A stretch of DNA of 33,984 nucleotides from Chrysochromulina tobinii. Its lineage: Eukaryota. Within the stretch, counting starts at the first letter, position 1; each line of letters begins with the position of its first letter. Both the position numbers and the translations under genes were made by a program. Location of the stretch: positions 1-33,984 of the forward strand of contig JWZX01001854.1 in NCBI GenBank assembly GCA_001275005.1. The letters are read 5' to 3'. Below, piece by piece: positions 8,700 through 18,503 of the stretch. The notes below the pieces were generated by a model, which did not search any database, was not told the DNA's origin, and was given only the letters and a program-made list of their open reading frames with translations.

Positions 8700-10087
8700 A
8701 GGAGCACGCGGCGCGCCCTAGCACGGCCACCAGCACCAAAAGCGGGAGCGGCAGTGGGAGCAGCGGGAGCAGCGGGAGCGGCAGCTTCTTCTCGCCCTTC
8801 GCGCGGGCGTGGCGCAGTGCGACGAGTGGCTCGTCGTCGCGCTCGAAGCACGAGAGCACGGATGGCGGCAGCTCCACGCGCGAGTCCACCGACGAGTACG
8901 GCTTCTCTCACAGGTCGACGTGGCGGCGCGGCGCGCCTGAGGCCGAGGCCGCCGAGGGCAGCGGCAGCAACAGCGGCAGCAACAGCGGCGGCGCTGGCTC
9001 TAGCAGTGCTCACGGCAGCGCGAAGGGATCCTCGAGCGGCGGCGGCGGCGGCGGCGGCTCTGCATTCGAGCGAGCTTCGCGCCGTCGTGAGCCCAGTGCA
9101 GGCGCCGAATCGCGATTCGAATCCGGTGCGGCGAGATTCGAATCTGGTGCGGCGAGATTCGAATCTGGCGCCAAATCGCGCTCGCCGGTCGGCTCGGCTC
9201 CGGAGTGGCGCGGGCAGCAGCAGCAGCGCGCACAGGCCGCGGCCCAGGCGGAGGCCCAGGCGGCGGCGGCTCAGGCAGCCGCCATGCGAGCGGCCAAGGG
9301 CGAGGAGCTGCGGCGCAGTGCGGAGGACGAGAAGCTGCGAAACCATCGGCAAAGTGTCCAGCGTGACCAAGCGGAAGCGCTTCGGCGCATTCTGAGCGCC
9401 GACAGCCGCGACCACCGCGCCATCCTGAACTTACGCGGGCACACGGGCGCACTGACCACGGCCGCGGTGACCAAAGCCTTCCGGCAGCAGTCGTTGCTCG
9501 TCCATCCAGATAAAAACTCGGCATCCGATGCGGAAGAGGGCTTCAAGAAGTTGCAGGCTGCCTACGCGTTGCTCAAGGAGCAGGCACGCACGGGCGGAGG
9601 AGACACGTACGTACCTGCACCCGCCGCGCCGGCCTACCCGGCCCCGAGCGGACGGGCCGGCGGGACGGGTGGCTCAGGCGGGTCCTCGTCGTACAAAACG
9701 AGCTTTGGCACTGGCTTTCACGGCGGCTATAGCGCCGACGGCTACGGCGCCGGCGGAAACAGCAGTTCCAGCTGTGGCGGCGCCGGTTCCGGCGGCGCCT
9801 CCAGAGGCACTGCCCGAGATGGCGCCGGCGATGGGGGCGCCTCCGGAGGCGCTGCCTGCGGCACTGGCTTTGCACCGGGTAGCTCGAGCTGTTCACAGGG
9901 GAGCTCGACATCACGCCATGGGCAGACGCAAAGCAGCCAGCAGCCACCGTGGTCTGCACGCTCCGATCAGGCCGCCCGCGACGAGTACCGGTACTGGCAG
10001 ACTTTCGTGGCCGAGGAAGCAGCGGCGTCGCAGCGAGCCTCAGGCGGGCCACCTCGGCGTTCGTCGAGTCACAAGACGTGGATTTGA
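5887..10087 (+). CDS. large coiled-coil J-domain (DnaJ/Hsp40-type) protein; introns 7165-7321 and probably 7448-7519; start 5887 or 6058
   Basis: ORFs 5743-7188 and 7286-10087 join in phase 0 across GAG|GTCAGA...CTCATCAG|GTA. J domain DHRAILNL...VTKAFRQQSLLVHPDKN...AEEGFKKLQAAYALL contains HPD; long E/R/Q coiled coil upstream. Confidence 0.8.
5977..6075 (+). repeat. 99-bp exact dispersed repeat, copy 2
   Basis: Identical to 1574-1672 and read in the same frame (LRLLGKGVAVLPAALTLEQQQQLLLDSMHAMPA). Confidence 0.95.
7165..7321 (+). other. spliceosomal intron, 157 nt, with 10-bp (gacctctgat) array and a copy of the upstream exon end
   Basis: GT at 7165, AG at 7320-7321; splicing restores the frame; cgcgagcggctgcgcga occurs at 7147-7163 (exon) and 7262-7278 (intron). 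Confidence 0.85.
7448..7519 (+). other. probable 72-nt stop-free intron whose 5' part duplicates the downstream exon start
   Basis: GTGCGC...gcctccctcatcag has the same 3' end as intron 7165-7321; gtgcgctcgcaacggcgcgtccacccgag resembles the exon start gtgtgcacgcagcggcgcgtccacccgag. Confidence 0.7.
7797..7912 (+). repeat. 57-bp exact in-frame tandem duplication (IRDELRRVISQTISEASRP x2)
   Basis: gatccgcgacgagttacgg... starts at 7798 and 7855. Confidence 0.95.
8090..8178 (+). repeat. 18-bp coding minisatellite, ~5 copies (GRSAVE)
   Basis: (ggccgttcggctgtggaa)n read directly. Confidence 0.95.
9114..9170 (+). repeat. 21-bp coding repeat, ~2.7 copies (RFESGAA)
   Basis: gattcgaatc(c/t)ggtgcggcga repeated. 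Confidence 0.9.
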
Positions 10088-10320
10088 GCTTGACTTGAGC
10101 GTGGACTTGAGCGTCTTGACACACACGACCCGAGCATCTATAAAATGTAGTCCCAGGATGAGGATCATGTTGAGATTTGTGCGGGAGGCGCCGGCGTCGT
10201 GGTTGTCCGACGTTCAGAACCACCTCGAGCGAGCGTCCAAGCCGTGCACGATGTATGATCATTCCACTCGCGCCACTCGTCCACTCCCCGGGTGCGTGGT
10301 GTGGACTTGTGCATTATAAT

Positions 10321-10380
10321 TGTACACCACTCACCACTGCGATACCGCTATGTACACCACTCACCACTGCGATACCGCTA
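10321..10380. repeat. 30-bp exact tandem duplication in convergent intergenic region
   Basis: tgtacaccactcaccactgcgataccgcta x2. Confidence 0.95.
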
Positions 10381-10543
10381 CGGCGATCGCCAGTGCTTTA
10401 AGGAGTTCGGTCCAACCGAACACGCCTCCCCCATGTTATCGTCATTCGGAGAGGTTTTATCGGTTCCGGGCCGGGTCGGGTCGCTAGTCGGGCACTCGCC
10501 AGTCTCATCAGTATCGTCAGCCTCGCCTGCCTCGCCTGTCTCG

Positions 10544-11308
10544 TCAGTCGGGGCACTCGCCAGTCTCGTCCCCACTCGCCGCGACTAGTTCACGAGCGAT
10601 GATGTCACGGACGGACTCAACGACCGCCGCGATCGGCCTCGTCGCGTCCACGCGCACAACGTGGGCCGAGCTCATGGGTAGCTTGGCCAAGCGTGCGTGG
10701 CCCTCTTCGAGCAGCTTCAGATACGCGCCGTCAATCGACTTCTCTTCGGGTCGGCCGCGCTGAGTGATGCGTTTCAGTGCCGTCTCGATGGGCACGTCGA
10801 GGAGGATGAGCACGGAGCGCAGATTGTTTGGCAGCGCTGCACTTAGGGAAGCGTGCGCGAGCTCGTATGCCGCGCGCGTGGCGGCGTCCTTGAGCCCATT
10901 TTCGGCGAAGACGGTCTTGTCGGACCAGATTGAGCGCTCAGCAATGACGATCCGATTCGAACGCAGGGCCGCGATGACTGGGCCCACACGAGTCGCCAAC
11001 GCCATCAATTGAAACGTTGGGTTTGAGATCTCACCACTGTACATGGCTTCGAGCAGGTTGACGTGCGTGCCCTCCGATGTCTGCGCAGCAATCCACCGGT
11101 CGACGGGCTCATCCACAAAGGCCACCTCCTGCGAGGAAACGTAGTCCGCATGCAGCGCTCGCATGACCGTGGATTTGCCCGCGCCTATGTTGCCTTCAAT
11201 CGAGATGAACAGCTGCTGCGAAGGTATGGCTGTCGCAATTGCGGTGCTCAGTCGCACGAAGAATGACAACGAACACAAGCGCGACTGCCGACGACTCGTC
11301 GCCATCAT
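10544..11308 (-). CDS. deoxynucleoside kinase (dCK/dGK/TK2 family), likely organelle-targeted
   Basis: P-loop ISIEGNIGAGKST; EPVDRW; FQLMAL; ERSIWSD..VFA; lid RITQRGRPEE; YLKLL. Confidence 0.93.
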   Translation of the reverse strand: MMATSRRQSRLCSLSFFVRLSTAIATAIPSQQLFISIEGNIGAGKSTVMRALHADYVSSQEVAFVDEPVDRWIAAQTSEGTHVNLLEAMYSGEISNPTFQLMALATRVGPVIAALRSNRIVIAERSIWSDKTVFAENGLKDAATRAAYELAHASLSAALPNNLRSVLILLDVPIETALKRITQRGRPEEKSIDGAYLKLLEEGHARLAKLPMSSAHVVRVDATRPIAAVVESVRDIIARELVAASGDETGECPD

Positions 11309-11562
11309 TGTGAAGCAAACGAAGTCCTTCGTTTCCGTGAAGTTCGACAGAAAAAGGCGCGAGTGAGCCGCCCGGAACTACAGAAACGCCGCGGAAGAGA
11401 CGCATTCGGCGGTCGTGATTTGATGCTATGGAAGGAAATTTCTGGGAAGTCGCCTCGCGATGCGACGATCGCCGGCTTCCCGCGCCCCGACCGCCGCCGC
11501 GGGAGAGGCTTCGGATCGTATCCGTCGTGGCGGCCTTCTTGTCGTGCTCATCCGTCGCCTTG

Positions 11563-13422
11563 ATGTTGAGCCTCTCTGAGTATGAGCGCGAGCGCGCTGA
11601 GAACATCAAACGCAACCAGGAGGTGCTCCGATCGCTTGGGCTCATCGGCCCCGATCGCCCTGTGCCAATGGCCGCATCCCTTGCGACCAAGCCGAGCAGC
11701 CGGCCGAAGCGTGCCCCTCCGCCTCCACGTGAACCTACGCGAAGAAGCAGCCGGAACTCAGGCGCCCCTGCGCCCGACTATTACATTGCCGAAGAGAGCG
11801 CCAATGGCCGAGTGATAACGGGCGGCACCCATGCGCAACTGACCATGCTTCCGCATGTGAGTGCCTCTGAGCAGCCGGCGGCGGCGCCCGAAGACGAAGA
11901 CTACACGCCGGAGACCGAGAGCGATCTGCACCCCAACGAGCGCGAAGTGTATGCCGCCCTCCGTGAGGAGAAGAACCTAATTGCTCGTGAGCTCGATTGC
12001 CCGGCCTATCATGTGTGCCAAAACAGAGCGCTTATGGCCATGGCGCGGCGCGTGCCTAGCAACCGTCGCGAGCTGCTGGATTGCTGGGGATGGGGCGAGT
12101 CCAAGGTGTCAAGCTTCGGCGATAGACTGCTAGATGCCCTCAAACCGCACGCCGCGGGACTGCTCGCGGCCAAGGATGCGAGGCGAGCCGCGAAGGTCGC
12201 CATCAAGGTCGATGAGGATGATGAGATGGAAGAGGTGCCGTTGCCGCTGCGGAAAAAGTTGCGGAGCTCGGGCGCCACCGCGTCAGAGGTGGCCGCTGCC
12301 GTGCGCGCCACTGCCGTGCCTGCCATCGCCATGGAGGCGCCCAAGGCGGAAGAGGACGACGAGGTGCTCGAGGCCGAGGAGGACGAGGACGAGGACGAGG
12401 ACGGGGGCAAGGCGCGCGCACGGCCGCCCCTGCCCGAGGGCATCGACGATCTCTTCCCATTTGAAATGGAGGCGTTCCAGGCACTGCTCGAGTGGAAGCG
12501 TGCACGCGCGCGCGAGCTCGGCTACAACGACCCGTGCATCATTTGCCACAATAAGACCCTCTGCCAGCTCGTACGGCTCACGCCCAACACGCGGGCGGCG
12601 CTTCGTCACGTCTGGGGCATCGGTCCCAAGCGTATCGTGCAGCATGGCGACCTGATGCTCGCCGCGCTCGCACCCTTTCGCGCTGCGCTCAGAGCACGGC
12701 GCCCGCCAGAGCCCGCGCCAATAGCCAAGCCTACGGCCCGGAACGCATCCAACGCGAAAGTAGAACCCCGCCTCCGAGCCCAGCGCGCCGATGCTGAACG
12801 CGACCCACAGACTGCGGCGCGAGCAACGGATGACGAGAAGCCGCCCAAGACGGCGCGTGTGGTCACGGACGAGAAGCCGCCCAAGACGGCGCGTGCGGTC
12901 ACGGACGAGAAGCCGCCCAAGACGGCGCGTGTGGTCACGGACGAGAAGCCGCCCAAGACGGCGCGTGCGGTCACTGACGAGAAGCCGCGGAGGCCGGGGG
13001 CCGTGGCCGGCGGCGCGTGGCGCGAGGATGCTGGGGCTTCGTTGGCCTCGCGTCAGTGGAGTGAGGGCGCTGAGGAACACGGCTGGCCATCCACTGACTG
13101 GGCGTTGCGCCGGCACTGGTGCGCCGCTGCCAATGGGTGCGCTGCGTGCGCTGGGTTTGTGGCTGACGGCGAGGCTTTCAAATGGGCGGTCATGAGCCAG
13201 AAAGTGCTCGACGTGCTCTCGTCTTCGGGGGCGTATGGCTCGCACGCGGCGGCACACGCGGCAGGGTGGCGCTGGCTAGCTACTCCAAACGGCCCACACC
13301 CACAACGCTCGCACTGCCACCAATGGTGGCCACCGCAGGCTGTGATCGACGATTATCTCGAGGGCGCTAAGTTGCCGCTCGGTACGTACGCGGCGATGGG
13401 GGTGCTCGAGAGAATGTTCTGA
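11563..13422 (+). CDS. protein with two HRDC domains and an unknown Trp/Cys/His-rich C-terminal domain
   Basis: N-terminal LSEYERERAENIKRNQEVLRSLGL; HRDC1 VYAALREEKNLIARELDCPAYHVCQNRALMAMARRVP...WGWGESKVSSFGDRLL; HRDC2 AFQALLEWKRARARELG...CHNKTLCQL...VWGIGPKRIVQHGDLML. Confidence 0.85.
   Translation: MLSLSEYERERAENIKRNQEVLRSLGLIGPDRPVPMAASLATKPSSRPKRAPPPPREPTRRSSRNSGAPAPDYYIAEESANGRVITGGTHAQLTMLPHVSASEQPAAAPEDEDYTPETESDLHPNEREVYAALREEKNLIARELDCPAYHVCQNRALMAMARRVPSNRRELLDCWGWGESKVSSFGDRLLDALKPHAAGLLAAKDARRAAKVAIKVDEDDEMEEVPLPLRKKLRSSGATASEVAAAVRATAVPAIAMEAPKAEEDDEVLEAEEDEDEDEDGGKARARPPLPEGIDDLFPFEMEAFQALLEWKRARARELGYNDPCIICHNKTLCQLVRLTPNTRAALRHVWGIGPKRIVQHGDLMLAALAPFRAALRARRPPEPAPIAKPTARNASNAKVEPRLRAQRADAERDPQTAARATDDEKPPKTARVVTDEKPPKTARAVTDEKPPKTARVVTDEKPPKTARAVTDEKPRRPGAVAGGAWREDAGASLASRQWSEGAEEHGWPSTDWALRRHWCAAANGCAACAGFVADGEAFKWAVMSQKVLDVLSSSGAYGSHAAAHAAGWRWLATPNGPHPQRSHCHQWWPPQAVIDDYLEGAKLPLGTYAAMGVLERMF
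12832..12988 (+). repeat. 36-bp coding minisatellite, 4.3 copies (DEKPPKTAR[V/A]VT)
   Basis: Units at 12832, 12868, 12904, 12940 and 12976; alternating GTG/GCG gives a 72-bp higher-order period. Confidence 0.95.
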
Positions 13423-13641
13423 AGCGGGCGTCGGGCGCAGTAGTCAATTTGCAGCGGCCGTGTTCGCGGCAGTTAATGACTTCTATCTATGGAAGTAGAT
13501 GCCGAGTAATATGCCCTGCATGAGCGCTTGGGACGGCGCGATGGATGGCGCGTTGACTTTTGTCCAATTCCGAAGGAGCAAGTTTTTCACACGGTCCAAT
13601 CTTTGGAAGCCCCGCGCGCGGGGTCGCGTCTGTCGTGACAC

Positions 13642-14550
13642 ATGTACGCCTTCTCGAGATCGTCGAGGCTGCGCGTCGCTGCTGCTGGCGTCGCTGCTGG
13701 CGTCGCTGGATTTGCATACGCGGCGCATTGCAAATCCGCTCCAAAGCATGGGCTCGATCCAAAGGCGTGGGTTCCACTGAAGCTCACTCAGGTCACTCCT
13801 CTGACTGAGAACACTGCCATCTATCGCTTCGCCTTTGCGGATCCCGAGGCAACGAGCGGGATGACTGTGGCTTCGTGCTTGCTGACAAAGGCAGACATTG
13901 GAAAGGAAAAGCCCGACGGCTCGCGTGGCGCCGTCCTGCGCCCGTACACGCCCGTATCACGTCCGGACGAGCAGGGCTACCTGGAGCTCGCCGTCAAGTC
14001 GTACCCGAACGGTGTCATGTCGAAGCACATTGCGTCCCTGAAGATCGGCGACACGCTCGACTTCAAAGGCCCGAACCTCAAGCTGCCGTACAAGGCCAAC
14101 GAGTACTCCAAAATAGGCATGGTCGCCGGCGGCACTGGGATTGCGCCGATGCTTCAGGTGATTGATGAGATCCTCGAGAATCCCGAGGACAAGACGAAGG
14201 TGTCGCTCGTCTTCGCCAATGTGTCGGTCGACGACATTCTGCTGAAGAAGGCGATCGATGCCCGCGAGTCCCTCCACCCCGACCGCCTCACCGTGCACTA
14301 TGTGGTGGACAAGGCGCCCGCCTTTCCCAAGTTCAAGCTGGCGGGCGTCGGCTACCTCACCACGTCGATCCTACAGAGCACGCTGCCGCCGCCGTCTGAG
14401 AGCTCGAAGATTTACGTCTGCGGCCCGCCGCCCATGTACAAGGCCATCTGCGGCGCCAAGGGCACAAAGGACGACCCGTATGCGCAGGGCGAGCTCAGCG
14501 GTGTCCTCAAGCAGCTGGGGTACAGCGAAGCGCAAGTCTTCAAGTTCTGA
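13642..14550 (+). CDS. CYB5R: NADH-cytochrome b5 reductase, mitochondrial (MCR1-like)
   Basis: FAD motifs RPYTP and GVMS; NAD motifs AGGTGIAPM and CGPPPM; C-terminal QVFKF; N-terminal basic plus Ala-rich anchor. Confidence 0.95.
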   Translation: MYAFSRSSRLRVAAAGVAAGVAGFAYAAHCKSAPKHGLDPKAWVPLKLTQVTPLTENTAIYRFAFADPEATSGMTVASCLLTKADIGKEKPDGSRGAVLRPYTPVSRPDEQGYLELAVKSYPNGVMSKHIASLKIGDTLDFKGPNLKLPYKANEYSKIGMVAGGTGIAPMLQVIDEILENPEDKTKVSLVFANVSVDDILLKKAIDARESLHPDRLTVHYVVDKAPAFPKFKLAGVGYLTTSILQSTLPPPSESSKIYVCGPPPMYKAICGAKGTKDDPYAQGELSGVLKQLGYSEAQVFKF

Positions 14551-14884
14551 TTGACCTTTCGCTCCCGGGCTCGCGCGCGCAGATGTCTTATGGTATCGTG
14601 CACGCGTGCGCTGGCCGGTGGCCACTAATCGACTCCGTTGCAGCGGGCATAATTCGTTATACAGACTGAGACTCTACGCGACGTGTACCTAGGACGCGAC
14701 CGGTTTTGTCAGCCTGCGGACGGGGACCCCCCTCCGCGGGACAGGACCGCCTACCTTGTCAGCGACTCCAGGCTTACTGTAACGTCAATCCACCACGACA
14801 GTGTCTGTTCACACTCGGAGCAGTCACAATTGTGAATTGAGCAAAAATCCGAATTTATAATTAAGCAGGCAGCATTTCCAACAT

Positions 14885-15094
14885 CTAATCCTGCGTGCTC
14901 TACCATAGATTCCGAGTAGCGCCGGCCGAGACTTCAGCCGAGACTCTGTTCAGCCTGACCGCGCATTGTGACCGCGCCGGTATTGCGTATTCAGCAAAGA
15001 GCAATCAGCATTGAGTGTCTGAATCACCTAAACGAGCCACAAATCTAAACACCTGTAGGCCCACCCCAATACCTAATCCTGCGTGCCCTACCAT
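14885..15094. repeat. 22-bp direct repeat pair (1 mismatch), 188 bp apart, in a 1-kb non-coding region
   Basis: ctaatcctgcgtgc(t/c)ctaccat at 14885-14906 and 15073-15094. Confidence 0.85.
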
Positions 15095-15570
15095 CGGGTT
15101 TTTCCTCGAGGCCCGAGTGTTAACAGCCAGCTCACACTTCACGCCCCGCGCGAAGCCCAAAAGCCCCAACTGGGCACCATCGGCGAGGGACGAGGGATTT
15201 GTTGACCTTCGCCGGCACGAGCCACGGCGAGGATGAGGTTTATTTTTTTCCCTCGAGCCGTCGCGCTATCCTTGGCACACTGCCCGCCTGCGCGCGCCCC
15301 CTCAGCCCTGCCCGCCCCAGCCTGAGTCGACATGCTACTTGCCACGGAGGGGTATCTGTAACTAGTCTTGGATACGCGGGGAGCGCCGGCCTGTGCCCCA
15401 CTCCTCGAGGGTGGGCTCGCAGATCACCGGTTGCTCTAACCTTTACCCGCTTAACGCTCCCCAGCGCGTATCTGAGATTTGGTTACTGGTCTTCACTGTG
15501 TCCTGTTTCACTGTTAACAAAAGAGCCCAAATCTGTGAACGTACAGACGATCGTGGGCACGCGATTTTTC

Positions 15571-16116
15571 ATGTTCGCAACTCTCCGGAGCACCGTCTCG
15601 CGAGTGGCGGCGAGCATGCTCGCACCACCGCCGCTGTTACGCAAGGCCGAGCGGGGGTTCAAATTCCATTCCAAGATGGGCCGCGGGTGGTCGCACCGCG
15701 TCGCGATGATGAAGAACATGGTGACATCGCTCATTGAGCATGAGCGTATCAAGACCAATCTGACGAAGGCCAAGGAAGTATCGCGGCTCTGCGACCGCAT
15801 GGTGACGTGGGCGAAGCGCGGGGACCAGCAGGGCTACCGGAAGGTGGCACGCTACGTACGCACGCGGCAGTGCATCACAAAACTCTTCACGATACTCTCT
15901 ATGCGCTTCAAGGAACGGCAGGGTGGCTACACGCGGGTGCTCAAGACCTACCCGAGGATGGGCGACCATGCGGAGATGGCCTTCGTCGAGTTAGTCGATC
16001 GGCCCATGCTCCGTATGCCGTACGCTCTGCCCGAGCAGCCGCAATCGGTGATGCCCGGCCGCGGTGGGCGTTCGTGGCGAGTCGGCAAGCGGCAACTGAA
16101 CGATGAGCGCAGGTAG
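15571..16116 (+). CDS. MRPL17: ribosomal protein bL17, mitochondrial
   Basis: KMGRGWSHRVAMMKNMVTSLIEHERIKTNLTKAKE...RFKERQGGYTRVLK...RMGDHAEMAFVELVD; transit-like MFATLRSTVSRVAAS from ATG 15571. Confidence 0.95.
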   Translation: MFATLRSTVSRVAASMLAPPPLLRKAERGFKFHSKMGRGWSHRVAMMKNMVTSLIEHERIKTNLTKAKEVSRLCDRMVTWAKRGDQQGYRKVARYVRTRQCITKLFTILSMRFKERQGGYTRVLKTYPRMGDHAEMAFVELVDRPMLRMPYALPEQPQSVMPGRGGRSWRVGKRQLNDERR

Positions 16117-16361
16117 GGTCCCGGTAGACTGGCGATCTGTGTCGCGAGTGTGACTTTAATGTGCACGGTCCACTCTCAAAAAGTAATGGGGGCTCAAATG
16201 GGGGCTAGTTGTCAAGTAAGTAGCATGGCACAACTTAAAGCTCAGCAGTCATGATCGCCGGATCTCAAGCCGGATCATGAACGATCATGATGATGCTCCG
16301 AGATGCTGTCGGATGTGACGGGGTACAGTCATGATAGACATAGAGGGCATCCACTCTCCTT

Positions 16362-17477
16362 TCATACGCGCGTCGTCGTCTGCCCCCTTGCACCACTCCC
16401 GCGGACTCCGCGGCCGCGCGGTGCGAGCACCGCCCCCACCCCCACCCCCACGCGCCGCGCCGCTCCAGCATTGTGATTGTCGGACGAGATGTGATTGTCT
16501 GTGGCTGCGCCAGTTTTGGCAATGCGCCGACGCATCGCCGCAGTCTCGGCTGCCAACTGCGCCGCCTCCGCTGCCTTGCGCGTCTTGGATGCCGCAGCCG
16601 CCGCGTTGCGGCCCCCGCCGACAGTGCCGTCATCACTGACATCATCAGTGATGTCGTCGTCCGTCGCTGCCACCGTGCGCGCAATGCGAGCCCTAAGGCT
16701 GGCATTCTCGACCGCTAGAGCCCGCTGCTCCTGCTTCCGCCTCTCTCGAGCCAGCTCAGCCGCGTGCCGACGCGCAGACCCGGCCGCGTCATCTCGTGCA
16801 TCGTCGTCCGTCTTGCTTACAGTGCTCTTGATCCGCGCCATGATGGTCGCGTTCTCTCTCTGCAGGCGGCCCCTTTCGAGACGTCGCTCTTGAGCCCGTA
16901 TCACCGCCAGCGCTTGTCGGCGCCCATCGAGTTCTGCCAATTCCATATTCGATGGCGCGCCGACCTTGCAAGGCACGCCAGTTGACTGTACGTGGCTGAG
17001 TGACTCTGCAGAGGGCACCAACTCGCCCCACAAGAGCCTTCTAAAGTCTTTCCTCATGATCTCCCAGAGCATGGTTCGTTCTTTGATGGCCAACCGGCGC
17101 CGGGCCGAATGGCTCTCGACCAGTTCGAACATGTCCTCATATTTCGGAAGCCGAAGGTGTGGCACCAGCGTGTCATTGCTCGGAGGAGAAACGATGATAG
17201 ACCGCTTCGTGATAGATGTACTGGGCTTGGGCTCCGGCTCGGGCTCCGGGTCCGGCTCGGGTTCAGGGTCGGGTTCTGGCTCCGCCATGGGCTCTGGCTC
17301 GAGCTCCGCAGCAGGATCCATCTCCGGCTCTGTGTACCTCGTGTCTGGCGAACCGCTGGCACGAGGCGGCAGCGGAACGCAGGGCAAGATTTCGGACACG
17401 GCGAAGCGCAAACAACTGGTCGTTGGGTTTATTGTGATCATGGTCATCGGAACGTTCGGTGGTGACATCGTTGTCAT
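16362..17477 (-). CDS. hypothetical protein with PE linker and three helical repeats
   Basis: ATG 17477; (EP)n linker; repeat Lx(R/V/A)E(N/T)Axxx(A/R)RIxxTxxxTD(D/N) occurs three times. Confidence 0.7.
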   Translation of the reverse strand: MTTMSPPNVPMTMITINPTTSCLRFAVSEILPCVPLPPRASGSPDTRYTEPEMDPAAELEPEPMAEPEPDPEPEPDPEPEPEPKPSTSITKRSIIVSPPSNDTLVPHLRLPKYEDMFELVESHSARRRLAIKERTMLWEIMRKDFRRLLWGELVPSAESLSHVQSTGVPCKVGAPSNMELAELDGRRQALAVIRAQERRLERGRLQRENATIMARIKSTVSKTDDDARDDAAGSARRHAAELARERRKQEQRALAVENASLRARIARTVAATDDDITDDVSDDGTVGGGRNAAAAASKTRKAAEAAQLAAETAAMRRRIAKTGAATDNHISSDNHNAGAARRVGVGVGAVLAPRGRGVRGSGARGQTTTRV

Positions 17478-17884
17478 CTTGGTGACTGATAGATATGGGC
17501 AAAAGTTTTCGAAACGGACCAACAACCGCTTTTCCGAGGTGCATGCACAAAAACAGAGGGGTCCCATTGACAGTGTGTCTGCTCGGATGACGCCTGGTGC
17601 GAAACACCCCAAAGACACGTGGAATCCTTGCCGTGCAGGCAAACTTCGTGAAACTGCACCCTTTACTTCAGACGTCTAACAGCAGTAGCAACCTCTAGGG
17701 TTCCGCCTGCAAGCACGAAGAGGAAGAGAGCAAAAAAAGGAAGTCTGATTTCGTTTTTGGACGGCATCAAGTCGAAATGCATGCAAATTTCAGTCTGTTG
17801 GGACAAATGCACAACTCGCCCTTTTTGGGGAACGAGTGTGTGTCGAGAATCTGTGGAAAATCCTTTTCTCAGAGCACATTCACA

Positions 17885-18503
17885 ATGTCGATTCTTGAAA
17901 AAAAAAGTCTCGTCCACCTCGCCCTCGGTCCCTTCCTCGACGCCGATGACGAGGACGAGGTGGAGCTGTACATCGAGGCGCTGAAGGTGATCAAAGGCTC
18001 ATCCGAAGACGCGCACGCGTACGAAGAGCGCCTCAATCTCCTCACGTCCGAAGAGTCTTTGGCGACAGGTGTGTTGTTGAAGGCACTACGCGAGGGGGGA
18101 ATCACGCTGGAGCCAGAGCGGTGTGCTGCGGCGTTTGCGCTCGCCCTCGGCAAGACACCTCCCATCTCCTTCAAAGGTGGCACCACGGTGCGCCCGCGGG
18201 CCTCTAACGACACTCCGTGGCCTCTTACGCTCACACCGTTCTATTCGGCCATACTGCACACAGGAGCTCGCCACTTTGCTGTGCAAGAAGGAGCGTGTTG
18301 GCGCCGTAGCCGCCAGTCTGCTTGACCTCATCGAGGGGGCAGGGCTCGAAGGAGTCGTCGAGTTGCTCTTCGAGGAGCACGAATGGGTGCTCCTGGAGGC
18401 AACAACCTACTTGGGCGAGAAGGTATCTCCAGGCCGAGTTCGTGGAGCTATCTCTCTTCTCAGGGGTGAAAAATATGTCGAGCAGGTGGTCGAAGACGAA
18501 TAG
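17885..18503 (+). CDS. hypothetical acidic helical protein, intron 18188-18263
   Basis: ATG 17885; ACG|GTGCGC...CACAG|GAG is a 76-nt phase-0 intron joining ORFs 17777-18325 and 18123-18503. Confidence 0.75.

Noticed and set aside
7633..9415. Long minus-strand and alternative-frame ORFs (e.g. 7868-9415, also 19368-20966 and 12283-13257)
   Set aside because: These are GC-rich shadow ORFs of well-supported genes and show no recognisable motifs.
10544..11308. Deoxynucleoside kinase as evidence of a giant-virus insertion
   Set aside because: It has host-like composition and a targeting-like N-terminus, and no viral hallmark genes flank it.
15011..15030. Minus-strand GATTCAGACACTCA resembling the RNase P RNA CR-V motif
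   Set aside because: No complementary CR-I (GGAAGGTCTGAG-like) segment was found upstream, so it cannot be supported without a covariance search.
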